The position numbers and the translations under genes are program-made. A stretch of 64,000 nt of DNA, taken from the NCBI GenBank assembly GCA_051294905.1, contig CM119372.1, positions 19,098,001 to 19,162,000 on the forward strand, in the 5' to 3' direction. Position 1 is the stretch's first letter. The number at the start of each line of letters is the position of its first letter. Origin of the DNA: Botryllus schlosseri (Eukaryota). Shown one piece after another: positions 1 to 15,000 of the stretch. The notes beneath the pieces were generated by a model. That model was not told where the DNA came from, searched no databases, and was given only the letters and a program-made list of their open reading frames with translations.

Positions 1-3000
1 TTGAAATCCACTGGAAACACCATGAAAGTTGTATTTCGCACTGATGCTTCTATTGGAAATGGCGGATTTTTCGCTACGTACACCACGCCTGAAGAGAGGG
101 GTACGATATTGTTAGGAGTTCCGTCTCAATTACTGCAACGAGTTCGAATTTTTCTTTTTCAGTCTGCGGAGGTTTGTTGGATAGCGCAGACGGCGGCGTG
201 TTCGCCACGCCAAATTATCCTTCGAATTATGGAAACAATCAAGAATGTTTATGGACCATGACGGCGCCTCGGCCTACCAACGTCACAACGATGATAACGT
301 TTGAAAATTTCGCGCTTGAAAATCATGTCGAATGCTACTACGACAAGTTCATAATCAAAGCAGGTGACTTCAGTCTGTCTCCGATATTTCTATAGTGTAT
401 GCAATGACGAGAGAGAGAAAAAGAAATTGCTATGTCTCGAGGTTGAAAATTTTCGCCAACCAGTCTGTGAACAACCCGGTATGTGCCACGTTCATTGTGT
501 TTTCCAAGGCAGATCTGCCTTCCAGTTATATGTGCTGGACTAAATAACCTATATTTATGTCAACTGACGGAGTGTCTGGCATTCTTAAAATACTGAATAA
601 ATGTATATTTTCAAGTGTTTGTGCGTTTCTGTGCACTGTATAACTCGATCCTCGTGCTTCTTATTTACTACGGATATCGTATAGTTCCCGGTAAAGCTAA
701 CTTTGCCTGTTGGTATTTATCAAACTTACATTGGTATGTGCACAGGTGCAGTATTGTTACTTAATTACAAGTAGAAATAGCGATTTCAAATATTTCAAAT
801 ATGACAGCGTGTGAAAATACCCGAAACGCAATCATTTCCTTGCAGGACCTGACAATAACGGATACTATGTCGGAACCTATTGCGGCAGGTCGAATCCAGG
901 GCCTATCGGGCTGGCCTTGCAAGATAACTTTATGCAGTTCGTGTCGGATTATTCGGTTCCAGACAAAGGATTTCAGGCTGCTTACACATTTAAACGTATG
1001 TCATAGATAGATTGTTTGTGATTGTCATTTTGAAAGAATTATTACGATACGACTTCATTGTTTCTTTGCAGCCTGCGGTGGCTTGGTGGCAGGCACTACA
1101 AGTGGTGAAATTTCTAGCCCGAATTTTCCTGAACAGTACAATGACAATGATTTTTGCTTGTGGACCATCGCGGTTGAATCTGGACAAAGCGTGAAAGTAA
1201 CGCTATTTCATAAATCGATATCTTCTAGACATAATTCAGATATGCTTCTCGCATTTAGCTTCACTGGACCGCTTTTCACGTGGAGGCCGGTACTAATTGC
1301 GGATTTGATTTCGTGAAAATATTCAACGGACCTACCACCAGTTCACCGCTTGTGGGGACTTACTGCAATAATAATGCTCCCGGTGACTTCACCGCTGAAT
1401 CGAACACCATTACGATACTGTTTAGAAGCGATTACTCTGTACCTCATGACGGATTTCATGTTCAATGGGAAGCAGATACTTCAGGTTTGATGCTGTTTTT
1501 GAATTGGTAACGGAAGAATATTTACTGCAATTTCTTGATGTCGTTGTAATTTTGAGGTGGTTTTGAAACTATCCGATGGTAGTCAATAGCAGCTTGCCCA
1601 ATTTTAATTTGATAAGTAGTTTTGTTGTCAAATTATGTGGAATGTGAAGGATTTTGAATGTGTGTGAGTGGGCAATTATGGAACTTGGCAAGTTATCTTG
1701 CAAGACATTTAAACTGAGCCAAATATTGAATTGCTATGAATAAACCAAATGTGATGAAGCTGATCCATCTTGAATACAGCTTCCTCCGTGCTCTTCTCAG
1801 AGCGTCTCATGTTGGGCGACTCCTGTTTACTACTTGATCATCCATTGTAGTAATATTTTTCCTCACTGCCTGCCATGAAATGAATTCATTATTCAGGATC
1901 GATGAGTCATATGGGCCAAATAGCGATTGTCATAATAGCAAGGCTATTAAATAGCGAATATCCCAACAGAAAATTTGATATTAATGAGGAATTCAAAACT
2001 GAGTGTCAAAATAGTGAGTCAGTCAAAATGATAAGATTCATAATATTGGACGCAAATTGTTCACTGATAACCCCAAGAAAACCGTGTGCATTTCTCTTCC
2101 ACCAGGCTGTGGAAATTTTGTCATTCACAAACAATCCGGCTCTATCACGTCGCCGAATTACCCGCAGAACTATCCGGCCAACTCGGATTGCTATTGGGAT
2201 GTCATCATGGACCCTGCTTACCACGTGGCCGTTACTTTTGAAAACGATTTTGACATTGAGTACGAATCAGACTGTGCATACGATTATTTGAAGGTGGGTG
2301 CAACCGTTTGCACGCATCCGAGGTATGCCATATGAGATGTGACAAGTAGGCTATTCTAAAATGGAAGAGACTTGGGTTTTTCCAGAGACCGTTTAATATC
2401 ATTGCGTTTACAATTTTGTTCGCCTTTAACAAGTGATTACCAAATATAAAAGTACTTACATCACTGAACACGGTAAGATTGCCATAAGAACAGCGAAAGT
2501 GGTGATGAAATTATGTGATATCAACTCATCATTGATGTTTTTCTAGTAGAAGTGATGTCCGAAATTGCTACTGTAAGTACAAGTAGAAGTATCAATTTTC
2601 AAGACATGTCGAACTGCTTCTAGCGGAAGTAAAAATGAAGGTCTTAAAGGTACTTGAGTAAGTAGTTTCTGAAAGTAGATTTGGTCTGGTTTTACATACT
2701 TTTAGCTGTTAATCGAAAATGAATAGTTAAAGGGGCACTGCGCTCTAAAAATGATATGGTCTACACTAGAAGCACATATCGAAAAAATATTTCGCCGCAG
2801 CCATTTTCTTCAGAAAGCCACAATAATGGAGCTGCAATTAACGGGATTTTGGATAAGGACCGTTCCACTCAAGCTGCCGCGGCTGCGCGTCATCGTTGTC
2901 GCAGAGAACGAGCTTTAGATAGTTGTCAGCCAATACTATGAAGGAATTATGTCTTACACACCTAGACGGTTTTGTTACGTTAAGTAGGCGTACGGTAACG

Positions 3001-6000
3001 GCGCTCAACGGACGATGTTCAGTCAGGAGGATTTTTGTCTGAAGCTTGTTGAAGAATGTGACCTAGTGTATTTCTCTAAATGACGGAAATAAATCATGTC
3101 GTATTCTTATATATAAAACTTGACCATCAGCATCACGTAATTCCTTCATAATATCGGCTGACAACTATTATCTAAAGTTCGTTCTCTGTGTGACTGCCTA
3201 ATCGCGTCGAGCAAGTGCGATGGTGAAGACATCGTGCCAGAAATTTCGCAACGGGTTGAGCAGGGATATCCCTGGGGTTAAGCAACGTTGACCGCAGCCG
3301 TGGCAGCTGGAGTGGAATGGGGCCTATCAAAAATCCAGTTATTTGCAGCTCCATTACTGTGGCTTTCTGAAGAAAGTAGCTGCGGCTAAAACAAAAATTC
3401 GATCTGAGCTTCAATACGAGACCACTTCTCAATTCACTAATTGTTGCTGACTATTACCCCTGACGAGTGTTGGCCGAAAATATTCAAGTTTGTTTCAATA
3501 TAAATGCTTCAAAATTCTGTACACAAGTTCTAGGTTAAATTTCATGTGCTGCATCGTCTTTGCTATCGACACAACTCTTTATCCTGAAACTGATTGTGTT
3601 ATAAGTTATCAATAATCTTATGTTCAGCTATCAGACGGGATATATCCGTCAGCGCCCGACTTGGGCCAGTTCTGCGGTGTTTATGGCACGGAGACTGCTC
3701 CCAACGACGCGACGGTTATTGAAAGCTCGCTGGGAGCAATCAGGTTACGATTTCGGTCAGATTTTGCTGGGGCTAGAAATGGTAAGTCTGTTGATGAAAT
3801 TATGAAATAAGAAATATTAAACCAAGATTGGTTTGACCCGAATCACGAAACCTGCACCCGCATCTGCACATTAGATGTAACGAGACAGACACACTTATGT
3901 ATTCGAAACAATATGAATACCAAAACAGCAGCTACAACTACAACAATACACACTGAAGATGTTTGGTGACATGAAGTTACTTGAGATAGAAAAAATTTGA
4001 GATGAGTTGATACATTTCGAGTGACTTTGAAAAGTGGAGTGACTTAACTAGGAAAACTTTTAAAAGACTTGACTTGATTTCCAATGCCTCGAGGTGACTT
4101 GCGACCCGAAGGTGTAGCAACCTGATCTGGTACATGACAGGCTACTCCAAAGATGTTAGAATAGAAAGGGAATAGGACGTATATGTATTTTTGTCCTGAT
4201 GTTTTTGGCATATGCACGGTCACCTGCTCTAGCCTGGCAACACATGATATACATATACTCGATGTGTCTTTCCTTTCAAACTACCAAAGTATCAAAACAA
4301 ATACAGGTTGCTCGCTATTTTTCACGAAGCTGAATGTTCTTGATCCTAATGTTCAGGATTCAAAGCCAATTTTGAAGGCGTCTGTGGACTTTCGTTAACT
4401 GCGCCGTCTGGCTCCTTCCAAACACCAAATTATCCGGCTGCTTACAATACCAACGAAGATTGCCGCTACGTTATTCAATACCCAAACCCGTCTACGTTCA
4501 TAAAGCTGACGTGAGACCAGATTTGACGCAGTGATACGAGTCAGGATTTACAGATTTCGTCTGACTTTCAGATTCAACAACTTCAATATTGAATCTGGCA
4601 CGCAAACGGAGTGTGCTTACGATTATGTTTCCGTATCAACGGGCGATAACGAGCTCGGTAGATTTTGTGGAAATTTCCCACCCAGCGGCCCCATCAGTGC
4701 GGAGGTAAGTGCCGCAGTCAATATCCCTGCTCAAGTAGAAGTAGTCCCAAGACATGCCTGAAGTCTTCAAGTAGAAGTAGAAAATAGAAGGTATCATAAA
4801 TATCTACATTCGTGGTTTTGAAAAGTAGATTGGATCACGGTTTCTCATACATTTAATGAATCGGAAAAGGGTTACTATCAAAATTTCAGGACAACTCAAA
4901 ATGGCTGACGAGTTCATTAACAGAGCAATTTCTGAAAATATATTCCGCAAACATAATACAGTACAATAAGTTGATAATGTAAGTAGGTTCTGCCGAAAAC
5001 TGTAAGTTGATAATGTTGTAGAAGTGGAATTAGTTTCAAGACATGACCACACAGCACCACCATGCTTATGGTTATGGTTATAATCAAATTGGAACCTAAG
5101 TCTTGTACTCTTAAATCTGACACGATAAAAGAGAGACTGAAATTTACAGTCTTGAGTGTGTGAGGCAAATCTGTTCCAGTGAAGGCAGAGTTTCTTGAAC
5201 CTTTGTCTAGCGTGGACGTCTGATTTTTGGGGTGGTTGCCTGGACCCCTGATTGTAAAACTTGGGAAGCTGATTACCAAATAGAAAAGGTCATCACTGGG
5301 CGTTTATTTTACCTAAAAGCGGAAGATTTTGACCTATAATATCAAAATTTCAGCATGTTTTGATGTAAATTAGGTGTTTTCGCACATAATGTTAGAATTG
5401 TATTACTTATCTTCATTTCCAATTGGAACTGTCTGTCCTTACAGACTAGTTTGGCCTGAAAATACTTTGGGCTTAAAAACTGGCAAATTTTTACATGAAA
5501 AAACTTTATTTTAACGAAATCTGGAGCTATGAAGAATTCAAGTAATTATATCACGCATTATGGTAGAAATAATTAAAATTTGTTGTAGTACAACGCAAGA
5601 TAATTTCTTTCATTCTCGGGTGGCAAGTGTCTATCCTTACTAAGTAGCTTGCCAAGAATGGAGAAAGAACGTACAACAGCAGCAGGAAATAAGACAAAAT
5701 GAAGGGGTAAAATAAGGACACTGTAGTCTCACAGCTCTATAGTCAACATTGGCTTTTCACTGACTCCTTAACATGAGTACGGGGACCCCAAACTGGTCCA
5801 AGGACCACAGGTTAAGGACTCCGTAGTGAAGGGTTGAATAAAGCACCTATTATCAGAGAGTACGGAGAATGCAAGACGGTTGATTGTTGACAGAACAATG
5901 CGGCGGCCAAAATGTTAAATTAACTGATTCATCAACTCCAATGCAGTATTGTATCCGACACAGTAATGTTTGATGTATTATCCAACTCAGGGCAATATCA

Positions 6001-9000
6001 CTGTAGTTCTCCATTCCGACGTCAATAACGTGGGATACGGATTCCATGCCACCTACGAAAGTGCAAACTGCGGCGGAATGATCACAGACCCCGCAGGTAT
6101 CGTGCCTGGAAACCCGATGTGACAAGACGTTATCGAAATTGCCGCCTCGATTTTTCAGGAACAATCAGCGCCTTCACACATAGCGAAATTCATCATAACC
6201 GAAACTGCACTTGGATTATCGAAGCCGACAAAGTGAAAGTGGTAGAAATTGAGTTTATAAACTTTGATGTTGAACTCCATTCGAGTTGCAGCTACGACTA
6301 CGTCAAGGTGAGATGAGCATTCCTATAAACTGTTGAATACCAAATTTTTTTGAAATCTCTACTAGTTGCTGACGATTACCCCTGACGAGTGTCGGCCGAA
6401 AATATCTGGGTTCATTTCAACATGAATATCGCTCTGACACATTGATTTTTCCTTAGGTTTATGACGGAGAGTCAACAATGAGTCCACTGATTGGTGCATT
6501 TTGCGGGACATACGTGCCAAAATTTATCATCAGCACCTTCAACACGATAACAATCGAATTCGTCACAGATGCAGCTCTAAACGGTATAACACACTTGGAT
6601 ATCATTCATTGTGATAATATCTGCATGCTGCGAGGTAGCCAGTATAGCGAAGTTCAATTGGACAAAAATTAGCAAAATTTGGTGTCGCGTACTCGAATAT
6701 ATGGCGCCACGATGACACGAACATTTGAAAATTTGGGGGTGCAAGAGCACTCGAAAATTTGGGGGTGCAAGAGCACATTTTGGTTACCTAACTGTATGCA
6801 TGTCATTTACTGATAATGAGAATGATATGTAATCTGTGGTAGGTAACAGATATTTGCGCATTAAGATTTAAGGAGGAATTTTGCAGGGTTGTAATAACTC
6901 GAGTATGACTCGAGTCGTGATTTTTTGGTGACTTGACTTGACTCGAGTCATTTTCTTGAAAATGAAAAATGACTCGACTCGTGTCAATTTGTGTATTGAC
7001 TCGACTTGTACTCGAGTCATTGCGCATGACTCGGACCAAGTCATATGACTCGAGGCTGGGTCTTTTAAGACAGCCATTTCATTGTAATTTCGAAGAATAG
7101 TAAAGTCATCAGACTATTGTTATGTCGTCTATCAGTACTGATACATGAAAATGCTACCAAAAACTGTTAAAAGGAAGAAAATTAGTATATTATGACTGAG
7201 AATTTATCGATATCACCGAGCAGAGTCGTAAAAAGTTGGTTTCACATGACATCATCTCAGAACTGATCAGTCAACACAATGACTTGGACTCGCACTCGAG
7301 TCAAAACACTACGACTTGGACTTGACTCGATGGTGAATTGAAAATGTCTCGACTTGACTCGAGTCAAAACTGTAAAAGTGTGATTGACTTGTGACTCGGA
7401 ACCTCGTGACTTGGTTACAACACAGGAATTTTGGGCGATCACAATCATATTTGAGAAAATTTTCTCTATTGCCACGTCATTGTGTGCCGTCTTCTACTCT
7501 AGCTGAGGGATTTTCGCTGATGTATCGAGAAGCGGTGGGACCTCTGGAAGGTTGCGGGGGAACACTAACGAATAGCAGCGGGTCGTTTTCCTCTGTTGAT
7601 CTGGATGGAAACGGTTGGCAAAGGTTGTTCATGTTTATGCCGCTGTATAGACCAAGTACCTTCTTTCAGGTCAATACGATGCTGGTCTGAATTGTCTTTG
7701 GCTTATCGAGGCTGAACCGAATCAAATCATCACTTTGTCATTTGAAAGTTTTGCCTTGGAGAATGCTACGTTGTCTGGATGTACGTACGACAAAGTGGAG
7801 GTAAGATATGTAAATTGTATGGATACATATGCACATGCATATTTTAGTGTTTTGTCCCTTCGCTTCGTCCAGTTGAGAGTAGTTGAAACTTACCAGGCCA
7901 GATATGTTGAAAAAACATTTCGTTGGTAGTACACAATTCAAAACTGGCACTTCCTCGCTGGCCGCAAAATTTTTTTCTGCCATTCGCAAGTTGCAACCCT
8001 GTACTAGAGTTCTGATATTCAGACCTGACTGTCTGGTATTGTTGCAGCAATGCACAAATGGTGCTCTGTAAATAACGTAGGAAATAGGAAGCCTTATAAT
8101 GCCGCTATTAGTTGTGATTTTGAAATTCCTTTAAAACTAGTCCATACACAACATCACTTAATAAGGCTTGTTAAGACTAAGCGCACTATCACATAGGTTA
8201 AGTGGAAGTACTGTGACAATGCGATCTGTGCTTGTAACAACTTCATGGTGCTGTTAATATCAATCAAGTTCCACAACTTATGTTTTCATCGAGTCTGTAC
8301 ATTTCTACTTTGATTGTATACAATTGAATAGTATATTCATATTGAAATGAACTTGAATATTTTCGGCTGACACTCGTCAGGGGTAATCGTCACCAACTAG
8401 TAGAGAATTCAAAAGAACATTGCATATCAACAATCGTAGCACAAAATATGACACCACAAGCATGAAATGTCGAATACGAGAGCGTTCAATGTACTATTTT
8501 TAGATGATACACCAACTCTTTTTGTTGACACAGCCTTGGCTGGTGTATTTTGATAAAAGTCGACTCCAAGGCACACAAATGAAAGTGTGAACGACCCTTT
8601 CCGAGTATGCGAAATCTGTCGTCTCTATAATTTTTCGAACAGGCGTATTCGACATTTCATGCTGGTGACGTCATATTTTGTGCTACAATTGTTGATATGC
8701 GATGTTCTTTTGAATTCTCGACTACTTGCTGACGATTAGCCCTGACGGGTGTCAGCCGAAAATATTCGGGTTCATTTCAATATGAATATACTATTCAGTT
8801 GTATGTTGAAGTTCTGTACCTCCAAGACGCTGTTCAGATACTTTGATTGTAGTTCAACCCATTTGAGTTGAAAAGTGTAATTCCGGACTACACTTTCATA
8901 CCCTACGCTACAACACTGTTTCTAGTAACACACGGCTTCAATATATAATGATCCATGTAAAAATCTACAAGAATATATATGCAAATATTCAGTTACTTGG

Positions 9001-12000
9001 ATATATTCGCTAGATACATGATGGACAAAGTGACCTGGACCCATTGACAGCGACGCTGTGCGGTATCATCTTGCCTGCATCGTTTACTTCTTCCGGAAAT
9101 TTGTTATCGGTTCGCTTCATTAGTGATCCCTACGTTAACGATAAAGGTCAGCAATTATCCTTTACGTACTTTCGCACCAGACCGTATGACGCAATGTCGG
9201 AATGCTTATGTTTTGTAGGTTTCGTGGCACGGTATAGCACACAGGAAAGAACGTGTGGAGGTTCTCACATGGTGACAGACAATTCTCAAACTCTCCAGTA
9301 CCCGCCGGCCTCTATCGCGGTGCTTGATAAGAATATTAACTGCAGGTTTGCCACCAATTTGTTTCTGGACTTCGATCGATTGTTATGCAGTATGTTACGT
9401 TTTGCGGTGGTGTGATGCCTGGAACAAAGCCAGTCATGCGTCGTTAAGTGATGTGACCAAGCAGTTGAAATCACCTGTGCTTATTTCACCACCAATGACT
9501 TTGGCCATTCCCTGCAATATGCCGCCCGACTTCTATCTATCACACACTTACACTTATCCTCTTTTTGTTGGAGAGAGAATTCATCATCACGAAAATTCAA
9601 ACATTTAATTCAATTTTACACGAAACAACAAGATTGTCTTGATGCAGTGCAGTGCAGCTCATGATAGAATGGAGTTTGGAAATGAATATTGATATATATA
9701 TATATGATTGTAGTTACAGATAAAGTTAATAAATATAGTTACGAGATATAGCTGCAGCGAAGTGTTCTGGTGATCATCGAGGCTGTTGCAGCTTTCTGGA
9801 GTAATTGGATCTAAAGCTATAACAGTGAACAGTGAATGTGACATAACACAGTTCTGTTACCACAACTGCAATAGTAGTGGTACTTCCCAAGCCTTTCTTT
9901 TCTCATTGTACTCGAGTGGCGCTCAAAAGGACTGTACCAATCTGTTTCTCGTACAGGTGGACATTGGATGCCGGTACTGACCCGGCGCATTATATCATGA
10001 TCAGCTTTGAGCAGATACATATAAAATCGCCTGCCAATACCGGGACAGACTGCAATTCTGCTTACTTGGAAGTTCGCGATTACCCACCAGGTGCGTGAAA
10101 TAGGGAATTGCTCGGCTCAGAACTATCGACTCGGCACTTGGCAGTGCGACCACAACTGCTTGTATCTTATTCTTTGAGCAAGGCATGACTTAGCTTTCGA
10201 ATTTTCGCCTCTGTGTGCTTTAGGTCGATTTATTTCCCTCACATCTGCCCACTTTGTATGCACATTTTACCATCCTGGTAATTTGATAGGACTATTGCCA
10301 CTGCAAATAGATACAGTCGTTGAAAATAGATGCAGTCACTGCTATACAAGGTCTATTTCACGTGACTCCTATGCAAAGTTCCTTCTAAGCTGCGCACGTG
10401 GGCAAATGCGCAGTGCTGACACGGTCTCTGCGCACAGAAAATCTAAGTTGCGCACAAAAAATCCGAATTGATGACCTTTTTCATAGTCGTTGCGCACTGT
10501 TGTCCAAAGGTCTGCGCAGTGAGTTGGTGAGTGTGTGCAGACTCGTCAAAAATTAGAGGGAACATTGCTCCTATGGCAATTTAACTCCTGGAAGTGATGG
10601 AAACTTATCGAAAAACTACTTTCTACTTTTCAAAATCTAAATCGTAAAGTGTAGGTAGTTTAGCCTAAAAACTGCTCAAGTAGGAAGTGGAAGTAATCTA
10701 CAGTTGAGCAAGTAAGCGAAACCTACTTGAGTACTCTAAAAAAAAAGTTGAAGTAATTTGTTACTGACATCCTTTGGTAATAACGTGCCATATGAACCTG
10801 CTGATAGACATTTGCAATTTTGGGATCTAAACCTTTGATAGATAGATATATTTTAATAGATATGCATTACATCAGCGGCAGGATTAAATAGGATCCGGTC
10901 CGTATGTTTCCCTTTAGAGGGAAAGAAGATATATAAGAACAAATAAAATAGTTGTAACACCTTGTTTTCTAAATACATGGAAGGTGAAACGGTACAGATC
11001 GTTCGATACTGCACAAACAGTCACGACGCGGCGGACTTCCACAGTTTGAAACAGACGGTGCAGGTTCGTGTGAATAGTCCGGCTGTCGACAGTGGGATAT
11101 TTGACTCGCGTCCAAAATTTAGATCAACCTCAAAACGGACTCAGACACGTCGGGCAACGGATTTATAATACATTACAAAAGGATGAATTGCACCAAGACT
11201 CTGACGCAACCTTTCGGCCAGATTTTCAGGTGATAAGTTTAAGATGTATTTTATATTTTTCTCGCCATGTCAAGTTATGCTGTCAACGGATAGCTTCGCC
11301 GCAATTGGTTATTGTATTCAAGACTAATAAACAGTACCAGCCTATTAGATTATGTGACATCTGTCTAAATATGTACGTACACCAGACATGGGGTGATTAC
11401 TTCATGAATGTAATCGATTGCGATTACGATTACTTCCAAATGACGCGATTACGATTACAGCAAAATCAGGAAGTAGTCGATTACGATTACATTGGAAAAG
11501 TAATCACGATTACTTACGATTACATTTATTTTGCATTTTAGAAGTTATATTGGAAGGCAATATGTGGATTGCGCTGAAAAGGCCTGATGAGATAACAAAC
11601 TTCCTTTAAAAAAAGATGCGTCATTTGCCTGCTACGTTATAATGTACCCATTGCCCATTTTTAAAGAGGACGATTTATCGAACCAAAGGAATTGCATTCT
11701 TGCCAGGTCCATGACTGCCTCACCCCAAATTTCCCAATAGGGCGGAGAGCAAGCTCGGAGGGGACTCAAAGAGTATTTCGTAAACCAATATAAATTATAG
11801 TGTATTCTCGGGAGATTTATAATTAACTTGAAAATTCTCTCTCTACATAACCTTGATTTTGGAATGCATACGTCCAACCTTCAACAAAAAATCATACATA
11901 ATTTACAGTAGGCTTGCATTTAAAACAAATGGTTGTTTAAAACACATTGTTTGAAACATGTTTTAAACAGTATTTAAACCAAACGCTTAAAAAAACTAAA

Positions 12001-15000
12001 TAGTGTTTTTTAAGTTGTAAAATTATGCCATAATTCCACAATTACCACCCGATTTGACCGACATACATCGATGTGGAATGGTTGGAACCCCTCAAAATAG
12101 TTGGTTCAATAGTTATAGTACAGAAATTTCGTCAAAGGAGCTATATTTACCCTATATTTTCAATTGTCAATGTCAATCCACATTCGTGACGTTAAGGCTT
12201 AAAAAACAACAACAACAAAAAGAATAAAAAACATGTTTTAAATAAGGGCCTTGTTGCAAACATGCTCGCTTTAAATTTAGTTTTGTTTTAAATACAACCC
12301 TAATTCATAGCAATAGGCATTTAGGTTCCAGTCAATACCGTGCCACGACACACCAAAATACATTTGCAATTTCAACCAACACGCAACTTCACGAAGTGTG
12401 CTACTAAAGAAAGACCTTGGTCGAATCTTAGGGTATGTGTCCAATAGCCGCACTGGGTGGCCGTGACTAATAGTCCGGTCCTTCCAATCCGAACCCACAA
12501 TGCAAATGCCACCCGGACACCCGCAGAGCATTAAAGACATGACAATTTGTGTGTGCGTCTCACGAAGGTTTTTCTTGTAGTCTGCTACGTTAGGGATACA
12601 GCAATGTCTTTTGATTATATAACATACCGGAAGTCACGAATTACCAACATACACTAAAATAATTGACAGGATAACAGACGGTATAATTGTGAATTACGTG
12701 CCCCAAGCTCTACAGGTAAATCTGACCATTGGGGGCAGAGAGAGAGAACACTACAAATTAATATTAATGTAATGCGATTACCAATATTATTGACGAAATT
12801 CAGTCTTCAACTTGAAATTACCACCCTATGGGGCCCAAAGACTAACGTTTGGACTGGAGGTCGAATAGCTGTTTTGGTCCTGATTCTAGCTACAACCCAC
12901 GCTAACATGATATATAAGCCCATGGCTATGGCGGCAGGTCCCAATGTTGAGTAGAGAATTATGAAATAACGATTAGCGCATGTTTCAACTAGAGTCATAT
13001 GAGAATAAGCTGAAGAGAACATAAAATTCTGCCTTCAACTTAATACAGATAATGTACTGCAAGCTGCCGCTAAAAGAAACGGCAAAAACGGCTCGGTTGT
13101 GATATATATCAGCAAGACAGCAACTGTTGATTTTTATCGCTTCGTTGTGGAAACCATAATGTTTTATTTGACGAGTACAAAATTTCAAATCTCTGTCCGG
13201 TGTACGTACGTACTACATAGGCTAGGCTTACCATATTTTGGAAACGTAAAAAGAGGACACTTATTCAGAAATTTCAGACATGCAAAACTGGAGAAGAATT
13301 CTCAAAAACCGGTAAATTTTTCCCACTTCGTGATCGGTTGACTAAAAAAAAAAAAAGGTCGTCTTTTCGCTCAGAGCTAAAATCACCGCTTTTCCCTCCG
13401 TTATGCGCTAATTTGTGGCATATCACTCGCAATTTCCTCTAAATCTGACCTAAATTTTCAAAAAAGAGGACAAAATCTCAAAAAAGAGGACAAAAGGGCG
13501 TCCTCCGAGGACACTTTCAAAAAAGTCAAAAAAGAGGACAAATCCTCTTAAAAGAGGACGTATGGTAAGCCTAACATAGGCCTACTGCTCACCAAGCAGC
13601 AACGGTCAAACCAGGGTTGTAACCAAGTCACAAGGCTCCGAGTCACAAGTCAATCTCACTTTTATATTTTAGACTCGAGTCAAGTCGAGTCGTTTTCAAT
13701 TCCCACCGAGTCAAGTCCGAGTCCAAGTCAGCGAACAGAGGATCGAGTCCGAGTCATGGTATTATGACTCGAGTCCGAGTCCATGACTGCTCAGTTTCCA
13801 GTTAAAGTCTTCCTAAACCCACTTTTTTAACTCTGTTTGGTGATATTGAATGGTTCGAATTTATAATATATCAATTTTCCTCACTTTTAGCAGTTTCTGG
13901 TCGCATTTTCAAGCACCAGTACCAACAAACGAAATCCCAATAGTGTGTTGGCTTCGAAATTACAATGAAATGCCGGTCTTGGACGTCTGAATCTCGAGTC
14001 AATGACTTGCTTCGAGTCATGCGCAATGACTCGAGTCCAAGTCGAGTCAATACACAGATTGACTCGAGTCGAGTCGAGTCATTTTCGTATTTTGAGAAAA
14101 TGACTCGAGTCGAGTCGAGTCATCCGAAAATCGTGACTCGAGTCGGACTCGAGTCGAGTCTTGACTCGAGTCATTACAACCCTGGGTCAAACTACCTTTG
14201 CATACCCAAACATCAATACACAAGTTACTACGTAGAGTGGTGATTAATTATCGTGCTGCGGGGTACTGGCGTGTGGAACGTGTTGATAACATGATATACA
14301 GCACGGCGGGTGTTTTTACAATCACACGAATGTACGTGACGTACATCGAATATCTATTTACTGTGGATACTTCTTACACAATGACTATCAAATCTAATAG
14401 GCTACTTGAGCAATGGCATTTAAAAATCAGACGTTTGTGCTATCATGAACCTGGTATAATACATCTTCCTTGTTCATGGATGTTCAGTTTATGTCATAGT
14501 CCTTGTACAACTAAAAAGTAATCGTTCTTTCACAAAGAAGTCGATTAGATATGGGAAGTAGTCGATTACGATTACGATTATTTCGGAATTTTTTCGAATG
14601 TAATCGATTGCGATTACGATTACTTGAAAATGCTGTAATCGTCGTAATCGATTACGATTACTAATCGCGATTACCCCATGTCTGACGTACACTCTTACAG
14701 TCGTTGTCATATGCAGCAAGGCTTCCAACACTTTTTTGTTTGAAGATATCGTTTCAACTTGACGGAAGCAAGACTGTAACTTGCAACTCTCTTGTGCCGA
14801 AATCAAATGAAGTACCCCATGTTCGCTCTTTTGCAATCAAACTTCCATAGTTTGGGTGGCCCTGGTATCAATCAATGAACAGTAACATATTTGATATAAC
14901 GTCTTGTGGCCAATGAATTGTGCTTGCTGAAGAGCAAAAGCACTCAAAATCAGTGGTGACGGAGACGAAGTTCTGCCTTTTCGAAGTGCCTGCTTGCAAC

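Larger units (their letters stand above)
11383..14684. mobile_element. hAT-type non-autonomous element, family B (GATTAC subterminal repeats), copy 1, carrying three nested MITEs
   Basis: TIR CAGACATGGGGT / ACCCCATGTCTG; 8-bp TSD ACGTACAC; homologous to 43585-46152 and to the reversed copy at 61132-63219. Confidence 0.9.

Noticed and set aside
13612..14184. GACTCGAGTC arrays as a CRISPR-like or restriction-site array
   Set aside because: No constant repeat/unique spacer periodicity; they are subterminal repeats of TIR/TSD-bounded MITEs in a eukaryotic genome
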